Source: an uncultured Gammaproteobacteria bacterium
Lineage (GTDB): Bacteria > Pseudomonadota > Gammaproteobacteria > UBA9214
Assembly (NCBI GenBank): GCA_963773065.1
Contig: CAVYZN010000024.1
Coordinates: 1-16,815, forward strand
DNA length: 16,815 bases
Direction of reading: 5' to 3'
The notes under the pieces are model-generated. The model searched no databases, was not told the DNA's origin, and worked only from the letters and a program-made list of their open reading frames with translations. Numbering within the stretch: the stretch's first letter is position 1; each line of letters begins with the position of its first letter. This document shows, piece by piece, positions 1 through 11,451 of the stretch. Position numbers and translations under genes: made by a program.

Positions 1-28
1 TGAACCGCCCCGGGTTTACCGGAGACTC
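1..28 (+). repeat. IS left terminal inverted repeat (IRL)
   Basis: TGAACCGCCCCGGGTTTACCGGAGACTC, inverted copy at 1277-1304. Confidence 0.95.
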
Positions 29-50
29 CATTTCTTGAGAGGACGGAGTG

Positions 51-1615
<1,565 letters not shown>

Positions 1616-1663
1616 TGATGGTGGATGGGGACGATATTCTGTGATGTTCCCCGGTGTATTGCG

Positions 1664-3624
1664 TTAAAGGGATTCCGGCTTGCCGACAAGGTATCCCTGG
1701 ATACGATTGACTTTTAATGAGCGAACTGCATCGCTTTCTTCTCTGGTTTCAACCGCCGCTGCGAAAACACTGATATCTATGCTGTGTGCCGTATCTGCCA
1801 GTGCCCGGATAAAGAACTGGTTTTCAGCATCACGATTGATGTCGCGGGTGTAACCGGCATCAATCTTCAGGTATTGCACCTTTATACTGCTTAGATATCC
1901 AAATGAATTGAATCCACGTCCAAAATAATCGATTCTTAACCGCACCCAAGCGCCGACAATCTGTCAACAAAGGTGCGTGTGTTCTCAATATTTCTTAGCA
2001 CGCCAAACTCTGGAAGTTCAAAAACAATCCGTCGGCCAGTGTCTGGTGCTGCTTGGATCTGGTTGCAGAGCCACTCCACAAACATCGGGTCATGTAGCGA
2101 TGTCGATGTCAGGTTAAGTGTATATAGATAATGTTCCTCGGCGTTTGCAGAGAAATATTCCAGTAATTTACTAATGGTGAGTTTATCAAGTGCAGTGGCA
2201 AGTCCCATCCGCTCAGCCATGGGCATTAATACCCCTGCCATAATCAATTCGCCATCTTCGCCCGGTAATCGAAGGAAAATCTCCTTGTGTACCACCTCAA
2301 GCCCCGTGCTGGTGAATTTCAGAACAGGTTGAGCAAAGAGCGCAACGCTTGTTGACCCGATGACCTGTTTGAGGAAAGCATACCATTGTGCTGCCCCCCC
2401 GTATTGATGGCTTTCCGTTAGCAGGCGGCGAAACGGTACCAGGCATTTCCGCCGATGGTCTGAGCAGAGCGCAGTGCAATATCAACCTTGGCAAGCACGT
2501 CGGATAAATTGACTCACCCGATTGCCACATGGCTACACCGATGTTGGCAATATCCTTGAATTCGACAAGATTCTCAGAATGTAGTCTAGGAGATCGTGAC
2601 TGAGTGAATTTGCCAGTGCGTCGGCTTCACTATTGTTGAAGTCGTTTGCCCACAATGGCGAATCCTGCGCCGGAGATTCGTCAAGGCGAAACAATTTCCT
2701 GAAATCAGCAAGACGGGTTTGTATCAGTTCCGCGCTCCTGTGCAGCACACGATCGCCGGCTTGGTATCCTGAAGCCGTGTTGATGTGTTCGAGGTGGTAG
2801 ATTTCAACCAAGATAACGGCGCCCCCTGCGGATTCCTCATGTGATTCGATGAGTGTTCGCAACTGGCGGTCGAAGTAACGACGATTGCCAAGATCCGTAA
2901 CTGGATCCTTGTAGGCCTGTTCGCGAAGCCGTTCCGTTAATGTTGTTTGTTCCGTAAATATCTCATTGACCTTCCTCGTCAGGCGATTCATAGCTTTAAC
3001 GACGCGACGCAGTTCGCGGGTGCGCGGGAGCCTTTCCTGGATCACATAGGTACGTTCACATATTGCCTTGGCTTGTTCCTCGACTCTCTGTAATGGCTTT
3101 AACAGCAGCCGTATAGCCATGATACCCAGGAGGAGTGCCGTAATCGTTGTCAGAGAGAACAACCAGAATGTGTCGACTGTATTTTTCCATAATTCACGAT
3201 AGGCAGATCCTGGGTTGCTCACAACCACGACGGTTGCCGCCTGTTTCCAGCCGGACATGACCATGGCCTCGGTCGTGGGTAACCGCAGGTCGACGTTGTT
3301 AACAAACCACGCCGGAACATTCTTGCCGGTCACCGGATTGCTGCGCTCGATTAAAGTATCTCCATCAATCGTGATGACGCTGATTGTTTTGTAATAACCA
3401 CGGTCAAAGATTGCATCAACCATGGAATTCATGACCGGCAGGTCATTGCGCTGCATTGGCGAGGAAAGTGAAAGGCCCAGCGAGGTCGCCGTATCCTGGG
3501 CATGTGATGCGAGTTGTTCGCCAAGAAAGTTACGCAGATTGCTTATGCTGACGGTCACTGAAGCCAGGAAACATACAGCAAACAACACGATGATGATCAG
3601 GATGAGTTGTCGGTATAGAGTCAT
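1664..3624 (-). CDS. lapD: LapD-type c-di-GMP receptor (TM-periplasmic output-HAMP-degenerate GGDEF-degenerate EAL); fragmented by multiple indels (error or pseudogene)
   Basis: N-terminus MTLYRQL...QLASHAQDTATSLGLSLS...MVDAIFDRGYY is typical of LapD/MoxY. GWKQ LapG-binding motif (W126, 3247-3249); HAMP PRTRELRRVV; AYKDPVTDLGNRRYF; GGDEF site read as RISGAGF; EAL site read as EIFLRL, DYFGRG, YLKIDAGY, IQGY. Pieces: 2533..3624, 1936..2295, 1664..1945. Confidence 0.9.
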
Positions 3625-3696
3625 CGGTTTATTACATCCCTTGCAGTTTGCGCAGTATAGGTACTAACAGTATTTGATGCATGCTTCTGCATATGT

Positions 3697-4359
3697 CTAT
3701 GGTGTAAGTTCATCATTGATGCGTACAATTACATCACGCCATGGGGCAAGGCGATCCGCCCGCCCGACTTGCGTGCTGTCGGCCAGTCGTGTTTTTGCCA
3801 ACCACAGGCCGTTACCGTTAAAACTGTAGACAGGTAACAGATCAGCACGCATTGCTGCGGGCCTGATCTCCATTTCCAGATTGTCCAGCACCAGCGGGTC
3901 GTCATTTGGAGAGGCGAAATAGGTCAGGACCATGTGTGCCTGATTCAGACGCAGTGCCTTAACGTAGGTAAGTCGCATCCGGTCTTCAGGAATACCCATC
4001 TCCAGAAGCGTAAAATACTTCGCAATGGAGAAATCTTCACAATCCCCGCCATTTGAAACCAGGGTTTCCAGTGGTGTGGCCCAGTAGTCTTTCTTTCCCC
4101 AGTGGTCAATGTCGTTGACAAACTCAAGTTCATTGAAAAAATCATTGACCCTGCGCAATTTCTCCATGTCGGAAAGATCCCCACTCGAACTGATAATCGC
4201 CTGCCACTGCACAACACGCCGGCGGGTAGATTCGCCGTGCTCCTGTTTAATCTTTGCGATGGCTTCTCTCGTCAAGGTGAATTCACCTGCCGTGGATACA
4301 ACGCTAGTTACAATGCAGATGAAGATTGCAGTAACGACAAACCACCGCCCTGGTATCAC
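3697..4359 (-). CDS. lapG: LapG-type transglutaminase-like periplasmic cysteine protease
   Basis: Signal-like N-terminus; VNDFFN, DYWATPLE, GDCEDFSIAKY (catalytic Cys at 4039-4041), AHMVL (His), VLDNL (Asp), DLLPVYSFN; directly upstream of lapD; ORF intact (220 aa, GTG start). Confidence 0.95.
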   Translation of the reverse strand: MIPGRWFVVTAIFICIVTSVVSTAGEFTLTREAIAKIKQEHGESTRRRVVQWQAIISSSGDLSDMEKLRRVNDFFNELEFVNDIDHWGKKDYWATPLETLVSNGGDCEDFSIAKYFTLLEMGIPEDRMRLTYVKALRLNQAHMVLTYFASPNDDPLVLDNLEMEIRPAAMRADLLPVYSFNGNGLWLAKTRLADSTQVGRADRLAPWRDVIVRINDELTP

Positions 4360-4573
4360 GGCAGAATCCGGATCGGGTGAAGGTAACAGGCAAAACTGTG
4401 CGGCCAGGACGGGTTAACACCTGTCTGAGTGACAGCCTCGCTGGGGATCGACGATTTGTGGTTGTCGGCCGTGCTGTCACAGGGCAATATTCGATCACGG
4501 TTAATATTCTTTAGTAATTCCATGGTGTATCGGCATTGAAGCTCAGGTGCTTTGAAAATTTGTTAGTCTGTTT

Positions 4574-4604
4574 CTCCAACGGTTGGAGTAACGGTATGGT
4601 TACT
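4574..4604. promoter_or_regulatory. Two overlapping inverted repeats in the divergent lapG / receiver-gene intergenic region (candidate operators)
   Basis: CTCCAAC-G-GTTGGAG (4574-4588) and AGTAAC-N6-GTTACT (4587-4604), both with perfect arms. Confidence 0.35.
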
Positions 4605-4702
4605 GAAAAATGCGTTGGCGGGACATCCGCTGGTACCTAAGTCCAATTGTTTGCAGCGAGGTATCTGCATAGGCTTTATATGGTCAGAGGAAACAATCAC
4701 TT

Positions 4703-5194
4703 ATGAAAACAATAAAAGTGACTTTTATATCGTCACGTGACACCGTCCATATGGAATGTGCTCAATTGCTGGAACAGAACCCGGATATAGATTTGGTGTC
4801 GCTACCTTCCAGTTCGACCCAATTGGGTACTTGGATGGCTCTTTCCCAATCGGATGTCGCGGTAATAGATGACGACATCATCCGGCGCGAGGGGGTAGCA
4901 ACCTTACACAGGCTTCTTTCATGCCACCAGGCGCTGAAATTCCTGGTAATTATGGAAAACTACAATGAAGGCAGGATGATTTGGGCTATCTTGCATGGCG
5001 TGCGCGGGGTGATGCTCCAGCACGAGGTGTTACAACTGCTCGGGAAAGCCATCAGGCAAATTAATGAAGGGGAGGTCTGGATGCCGCGTAGTCTACTGAA
5101 ATCGTTCAAGAATGAACTGGTGGGCCGGCGGAAGTGGTGTCATCCAAGCATGGGTCCTGCCACTAGTAGCAACTGGCGGATGAGATTGCATTAA
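4703..5194 (+). CDS. Atypical NarL/CsgD/VpsT-type receiver-domain protein lacking the LuxR HTH
   Basis: REC-like pattern (SDVAVIDDD, AILHGVRGV, LLGKAIRQINEGEVWMPR). The N-terminal acidic pair is replaced by SS and the conserved Lys by Q; no LTxRE HTH in any frame downstream; AGAGGA upstream. Confidence 0.75.
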   Translation: MKTIKVTFISSRDTVHMECAQLLEQNPDIDLVSLPSSSTQLGTWMALSQSDVAVIDDDIIRREGVATLHRLLSCHQALKFLVIMENYNEGRMIWAILHGVRGVMLQHEVLQLLGKAIRQINEGEVWMPRSLLKSFKNELVGRRKWCHPSMGPATSSNWRMRLH

Positions 5195-5210
5195 ATAATA
5201 CAATGACCAC

Positions 5211-5800
5211 ATGGTGGTGGGGTTCCAGCCGGTGGCGGGCGGGACGGATGTGACGGTGACGGAGGGGGACCCGGGGGGCCGGTGCGAGGATTGCGTTCAC
5301 GCTGCAGTTAACGAATCCGCCTACGGGCGCGGTGAGTGTGGACTACACGGTTGTGCCAGGCAATGCACTGGCGCCTGGGTCCATTTCTTACAACGGATCG
5401 GTGATGGGCTAGCGGGGACGGAGGCGTTCACGGTGGTGTTGTCCAACCCAAGCGGTGCGGCGCTCGATGCGGGCATGCGAGTGCGACCGGGACGATATTG
5501 GACAATAACCATGCGGCAGTATTCGATGCCGAGAGTTATGTCTGGTTATCTGTCGACGTGGCCCAGATGCAACTGGAATATGAGTGCGGTTATCCCATCA
5601 GACTGAATGTCACGGATGTTGACAGTATAGTAACGGTGGAAATCACAGGGGTTCCGGATCAGGGCCAGACCGTTTATTACAATGGTACGACATTTATAGA
5701 ACTTACGGATGCAATGTCGATGATGTAATTATTGGCCGGGACAATGATGACAGCCTGAATGGTCTGAGTGGTTAGGACATTCTGGTCGGTCATGACGCCC
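5211..5800 (+). pseudogene. Fragments of a T1SS-secreted adhesin (Calx-beta domain plus RTX/hemolysin-type Ca-binding repeats)
   Basis: Across frames: VTVTEGDPG / ARIAFTLQLTNPPTGAVSVDYTVVPGNA / IGDGLAGTEAFTVVLSNPSGAALDAG / ASATGTILDNN (Calx-beta pattern). 5713-5790 reads NVDDVIIGRDNDDSLNGLSG*DILVG (degenerate GGxGxDxLx repeats, TAG at 5773-5775). Confidence 0.75.
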
Positions 5801-5860
5801 TCAAATTATTTTTCACGTGTCGGCGTATTTCACATGGAGTTGTGATTTAATCCCCCCACT

Positions 5861-7109
5861 ATGTTTCGGCCCCTTGAATTGTATATTGGCATGCGCTACA
5901 CGCATGCCAAAAGGCGCACACACTTCATCTCGTTCATCTCGCTGACATCCATGCTGGGTATCGCGCTCGGCGTGACTGCGCTGATTACTGTACTGTCGGT
6001 GATGAACGGGTTTGAAGGGGAATTGCGTGATCGCATACTTGGCATGGCCTCGCACGCGTCGGTAACCACATTTGATGGCTACCTGGCCGATTGGCAAGAT
6101 GTTGAGCAGGCCGTCATGACGCATGGCAACGTCGTCGCCGCTGCGCCTTATGTGAGTGGTGAAACCATGCTGAGTGCCGGTAACCGCGTCAGTGGAGCGA
6201 TCATACGTGGCATCCTGCCGGAACAGGAAGGAGCGGTTTCCGATGTGGTGTCGCATATCAAGGCCGGCTCTGTCGGAAGCCTAAAGGATGGCGACTACGG
6301 CATCATTCTCGGCAGTGAGCTGGCCTATACATTGGGGGTGGGGCTGGGGGATGCCGTTACGGTGGTCTCACCCCAGGTCATGGTGGGTCCGACCGGAGTC
6401 ATGCCCACGGTTGCGGCGCTTCACCGTGGTCGGACTATTTGAAGTGGGTATGTATGAATATGACCGGGGCGTGGCGCTGGTGCACATGAAGGACGCCGCG
6501 CGGCTGTTCCGTCTCGGTGACAATGTTAGCGGAGTCCGCCTGAAGCTCGATGACCTGTTCGCGGCGCCACGCGTTGCCGACGAACTCGGCATGCAACTGG
6601 GGGCGAATTACCGCGTGGAAGACTGGACCCGGCAGCATGCCAATTTTTTCCGCGCCGTAAAGACCGAAAAACGTGTCATGTTTATCATCCTGACGCTTAT
6701 CGTCGCCGTCGCGGCATTCAATATAGTTTCTACCCTGGTCATGGTCGTCACGGACAAGCGCTCCGACATCGCCATCCTGCGCACGCTGGGCGCATCCCCG
6801 CGCAGCATCATGGTGATCTTCGTAATCCAGGGCGCCGTCATCGGCTTGTTCGGGACCTTGCTGGGTGTGCTCGGTGGCGTCTCGCTGGCGCTGAATATAG
6901 AAACCATCGTGCCGGCGATCGAATCGTTCTTCAACGTGCAGTTTCTCGCCAAGGACGTCTATTACATCAGCGAGGTTCCCTCCGATCTGCACTGGCATGA
7001 TGTGTTCGTCATGACGTCAGTCGCAATGGTGCTCAGCCTGCTGGCGACACTTTACCCCGCATGGCGGGCCGCACGGACACATCCAGCCGAGGCCTTGCGC
7101 TATGAGTGA
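5861..7109 (+). CDS. lolE: Lipoprotein-releasing ABC transporter permease LolC/E family (single gene); one frameshift at ~6404-6406
   Basis: [13 protein letters not shown]...[31 protein letters not shown]; [15 protein letters not shown]; [30 protein letters not shown]; [18 protein letters not shown]. Removing one C from ATGCCCACGG joins the two ORFs. Confidence 0.93.
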
Positions 7110-7794
7110 GGTGCTTACCTGTTCCCACCTGGCGAAAAGTTATACCGATGCCAACTCGACATTCCATGTGCTGCGCGAAATCGACTTGACGATCAGGCAG
7201 GGAGAACAAATCGCCATCATGGGGGCCTCCGGCAGCGGTAAAAGCACCTTGCTGCACCTGCTCGGAGGGCTGGATACGCCGACCGGCGGACAAATCCGCA
7301 TTGACGGTACGCCGATCGAGCGTCTCAACGCCGTGCAACTGGGCAGGTTGCGTAACCGGGCGCTGGGTTTCATCTACCAGTTCCACCATCTGCTGCCGGA
7401 ATTCACCGCCCTGGAGAATGTGGCCATGCCCCTGCTGGTGCGTGGTGTATCCCCCGCGAAAGCCGCCGGTGAAGCCAGCCGTATGCTGGAGCGCGTAGGC
7501 TTGTCCGGTCGGTCGACGCACAAGCCGGGCGAGCTGTCCGGCGGGGAGAGACAACGCGCGGCCGTTGCCCGTGCGCTGGTCACGCGTCCCGTCTGTGTCC
7601 TTGCGGATGAGCCGACCGGCAATCTGGATCGAAAAAATGCCGATCAGGTTTATGATCTGATGCTGGAGCTTAACAGGGAATTCGCAACCAGCTATCTTGT
7701 CGCCACGCACGATCCGCAGATTGCGCAACGCATGGACCGGATAATAATACTCAACGAAGGCTATATCGGGAGCAACAGTCAACCGGCTGAATAA
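7102..7794 (+). CDS. lolD: Lipoprotein-releasing ABC transporter ATP-binding protein LolD
   Basis: Walker [10 protein letters not shown], LolD motif [36 protein letters not shown]; 8-bp overlap with the permease gene. Confidence 0.97.
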   Translation: MSEVLTCSHLAKSYTDANSTFHVLREIDLTIRQGEQIAIMGASGSGKSTLLHLLGGLDTPTGGQIRIDGTPIERLNAVQLGRLRNRALGFIYQFHHLLPEFTALENVAMPLLVRGVSPAKAAGEASRMLERVGLSGRSTHKPGELSGGERQRAAVARALVTRPVCVLADEPTGNLDRKNADQVYDLMLELNREFATSYLVATHDPQIAQRMDRIIILNEGYIGSNSQPAE

Positions 7795-7867
7795 GCGAGG
7801 AACACACTCACGGCGGTCCGTAAGCCGATAGCGTTATTCAAGAGACTTACAATGTTCAGGGACGAAC

Positions 7868-10202
7868 ATGATCATCAGAACCTGCGTATTTCTTGCGGGT
7901 GTTCTTGCACTTCAATACCTGGCTGAACTCCCTCCCTGGTATTGTTATACCGGGGTATTCACCGTGCTGCTTGCGCTGCGCTGGCGCGTTGCACGGCTGC
8001 CCGCCATTTTTTTATTGGGTTTTTTCTGGGCGGCATATCATGCCCAGATAATGCTCGATTGCGTCCTGGACGGCCGCCTCGAAGGCCGGACGGTCCTGAT
8101 TCAGGGGACCGTTGCGGATCTCCCCGGCAGTCTGCCACACCAGAGTGTCCGCTTCCTGTTGCACGCCGACCGGCTCGATGAAGGAGATGGCTGGAGTGAT
8201 TTCGACAGGAAGATCCAGCTCAGCTGGTACCAGACTCAACAACAGCCGATGCTGGGTGAACGCTGGCAACTGGCGGTTCGGCTGAAACGGCCGCATGGCT
8301 ATGCCAACCCGGGTAGTTTCGATTATGAACGCTGGCTGTTCCAGCAAGGGATTTCCGCTACCGGCTATGTAAAGGACCGATAAGCGCAACCACCCGCTCG
8401 AAAGCCAGTCCTGGTCATTCATCGACGGGATGCGAAAATCCATTGCGGCCTACTTCAATTCCAGGGAGCACGCGCCGCCGGGGTTGGCCCTGATACGCGC
8501 GCTGACCATAGGTGATGATGGCGCTATCGACCCTGTGCAGTGGGATGTCCTGCGAGCGACGGGCACCACCCATTTGATGGTTATTTCGGGGTCGCATATC
8601 AGTCTCGTGGCCGGACTGGTTTTCTGGTTGACGAGATTCGTCTGGTCGCGGCTTGGCACCTGGCCGGAAACCGTCCCGGCCACTCGGGCCGCGGTGGTAA
8701 TAGCCCTGTTGTCGGCGACGTTTTACGCCTTTCTCGCCGGTCTGGGTATTCCGACCAGCCGGGCGCTGATCATGCTGGCCGTGGCCATGACGGCGGTGGT
8801 GGCGGATCGGCAATCACGTCCCGGCCATGTACTCTGCCTGGCGGTGATCGCCACCCTGGCGATCGATCCGCTGGCGGTGCTATCCGCCAGTTGGTGGCTG
8901 TCGTTCTGGGCGGTGACCATGATTCTTTACACCACATCCAGCCGCCATGGAAGCGAAGGCGTTTGGCGTAAGATCGCCAGTATCCATATCGTCCTTGCCG
9001 TGAGCATGCTGCCCGTACTGCTGGTCTTTTTTCAGCAGGCATCCCTGGTCGCACCGCTGGCAAACATCGTTGCCGTACCCTGGGTGAACCTGCTGGTGGT
9101 GCCTATGGCCCTTATCGGAACGTTGCTGCTGTTCATCAATGCGACGGCGGGCGGGCTGCTGCTGAATCTGGCGACCTGGTTCATGGATACCTTGTGGCCC
9201 TTCCTGGCACTGGCTGGGGAAGCTGGATTTTACACTCCTGCAGCAGCATCAGCCGCTGCCATGGACACTGTTGCCGGCAACGGCTGGCATACTCCTGCTG
9301 TTTGCCCCGCGCGGATTCCCCGGCAAGTGGCTCGGCCTGGTGATGTTGCTGCCCCTGTTTGCGGCGAGGCCGCCTGCGCCCGCATTCGGTGAGGCCTGGG
9401 TGACCTTGCTTGATGTCGGACAAGGTCTGTCGACGGTGATACGAACCCGGGACCACACCCTGGTCTATGACGCCGGTCCATCCTATAGCCCGGGTTTTGA
9501 TACCGGCAGTGCCGTTGTGGTTCCCTACCTGCGCAGCCAGGGGGTGGGGCGGATTGATAAACTGATTGTCAGTCACGGGGATAACGATCATATCGGTGGT
9601 GTTCCCTCGGTGTTGAAAGAATTACCTGTTGCCGAGCTCATTGCCGGCATCCCGGAACTCCTGACGATGCGCGAGGCCCGCCAGTGCCGCCGGGGTAACC
9701 GATGGCGGTGGGAGGGGGTTGCATTTTCCGTGCTGCATCCGGATGCGCGCAGTTACCGGCACGGGAATAATGCCTCCTGTGTCGTTCGGGTCGAGACAGC
9801 GGGAGGCCGGCGTATCCTGTTGACCGGTGACATCGAAGCGGATTCGGAACGGATCCTGCTGCGGGAATTGCGCGACCGGTTGCCTGCGGATGTGCTGATC
9901 GTGCCGCATCACGGCAGTCTGACCTCATCTTCGCCTGCTTTGTTGAAGCCGTCAGTCCCGGCTATGCGCTGTTTCCGACGGGATACCGGAATCGTTACCG
10001 CTTGCCACGAAGCGAGGTGGTCGAACGGTACCGGCGGGCCGGTTCGGTGCTGCTCGATACCGCTCCGCATGGTGCGATAACCGTGAAGCTGCGATCGGGT
10101 GGCCTGCCACCGGAAGCGGTATCGTTTCGCTGCAGCTATCCGCGTTACTGGCGCGCCGTTACCTGCACCACCAAGAACCGGTTTGGCTGCTGCGATAAAT
10201 AA
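7868..10202 (+). CDS. comEC: DNA internalization competence protein ComEC/Rec2; three frameshifts (~8372, ~9208, ~9940)
   Basis: OB/DUF4131 region (RLKRPHGYANPGSFDYERWL), competence domain (TGTTHLMVISGSHI, PTSRALIM, PLANIVAVP), MBL domain (LDVGQG, YDAGP, SHGDNDHIGG, NNASCV, LTGDIE, PHHGS, GYRNRY). Confidence 0.93.
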
Positions 10203-10244
10203 CGTATTATCCGCACTACAGCCTCACGGTGGATCGATCGACAT

Positions 10245-11246
10245 ATGAACCGCCTGGAATATTACTGGTATCGACGCAGTCCGTGGCTGGTTTTGCTGCT
10301 ACCGGTAGCAACGGTCTATTGCATGTTTATCCGGCTGCGCCGCGTTCTTTACCGGGCAGGGTGGCTGGCGAGGCACAAGATGCCCGTGCCGGTTATGATG
10401 GTGGGCAACCTCACCGTTGGCGGCACCGGCAAAACGCCGCTGGTTACATGGCTGGTCACCTTCTTGAGGGAATCCGGTTACCGGCCGGGGGTGATTGCGC
10501 GCGGCTACAAGGGCAGGGCGAGGCACTGGCCGCAGCAGGTGCGTGCCGACAGCGATCCCTCGGCCGTAGGAGATGAGGCGGTCCTCCTCGCCGGCCGCTG
10601 TGGATGCCCGATGGCGGTCGCGCCGGACCGTGTTGCCGCGGCACGGGCATTGCTGGAGCATAGCGATTGCGACCTGATCGTGTGTGATGATGGCCTGCAG
10701 CATTATGCCCTCGATCGGGATATCGAGATCGCGGTTATCGATGGCGACAGGCGTTTCGGTAACGGTTTCTGCCTGCCGGCCGGGCCCTTGCGTGAACCGT
10801 CCGGGCGTTTGGCGGAAGTCGACCTGGTGGTCGTGAATGGATTGGGCAGGCGTGGCGAGTACCCGATGACGATGCGCGCGGGCCGGGCGATCAACCTCGA
10901 ACAGAAGGTCGGATCCAGGGAACTAAGCAGTTTCGCGCGGCAGTCGGTGCATGCCGTCGCCGGGATCGGCAATCCGGAGCGTTTTTTCGCCCGCCTCAGA
11001 CAGGCGGGCATGCTGCTGGAAGAACATGTATTTCCCGATCATCATGCCTATACGGCGGCAAATCTGGATTTCGGTGACGACAGGCCGGTCATGATGACGG
11101 AGAAAGATGCGGTGAAATGCCGGAATCTCTGCCTTAATAACGCCTGGTATGTTCCGGTTACAATTGAGATGACGGCGGAGTTCGGGGCCAGGGTGCTGGA
11201 CCTGCTCGCCCGAAGCGGGAAGAACGCCCTTGCGGTGGCTTCGTGA
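10245..11246 (+). CDS. lpxK: Tetraacyldisaccharide 4'-kinase
   Basis: VGNLTVGGTGKTP, RGYKG, GDEA, CDDGLQHYALDRD, LPAGPLRE, AGIGNPERFF, FPDHH, MTEKDAVK. Confidence 0.97.
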   Translation: MNRLEYYWYRRSPWLVLLLPVATVYCMFIRLRRVLYRAGWLARHKMPVPVMMVGNLTVGGTGKTPLVTWLVTFLRESGYRPGVIARGYKGRARHWPQQVRADSDPSAVGDEAVLLAGRCGCPMAVAPDRVAAARALLEHSDCDLIVCDDGLQHYALDRDIEIAVIDGDRRFGNGFCLPAGPLREPSGRLAEVDLVVVNGLGRRGEYPMTMRAGRAINLEQKVGSRELSSFARQSVHAVAGIGNPERFFARLRQAGMLLEEHVFPDHHAYTAANLDFGDDRPVMMTEKDAVKCRNLCLNNAWYVPVTIEMTAEFGARVLDLLARSGKNALAVAS

Positions 11247-11271
11247 TATCGATGAAGGATGGAAATGAGCG

Positions 11272-11451
11272 ATGGATAAAAAATTACTTGAGATTCTTGC
11301 CTGCCCTGTATGCAAGGGGCCGCTGGTCTACCGTGAGAAGGCAGGGGAACTGATCTGCAAGGCGGACCGCCTGGCCTATCCGGTAAGGGATGATATTCCC
11401 GTCATGTTGGAGGATGAGGCGCGCAAGTTGCGCGCGGAAGAAGAGGTTTGA
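11272..11451 (+). CDS. ycaR: Trm112-family protein (YcaR/UPF0434), 59 aa; not listed in the ORF track
   Basis: Manual translation [59 protein letters not shown]; conserved position between lpxK and kdsB. Confidence 0.95.
   Translation: MDKKLLEILACPVCKGPLVYREKAGELICKADRLAYPVRDDIPVMLEDEARKLRAEEEV

Noticed and set aside
2297-2530. 77-aa ORF as a separate gene
   Set aside because: Mixed-frame piece of the broken lapD
1664-3624. Active diguanylate cyclase/phosphodiesterase
   Set aside because: GGDEF is read as SGAGF and EAL catalytic motifs are degenerate (DYFGRG, AAAVET); this fits a LapD receptor
5226-5243. QPVAGG as a LapG cleavage site
   Set aside because: Lacks the di-alanine (T/P-A-A-G) and the preceding retention module
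5830-5845. TCACA-N6-TGTGA upstream of lolC/E resembling a CRP site
   Set aside because: Half-sites are in the opposite order to the CRP consensus TGTGA-N6-TCACA
9985-10010. ComEC NRYRLP instead of NRYGHP as an inactivating change
   Set aside because: This His is variable in proteobacterial ComEC; HxDxDH and HHGS are intact
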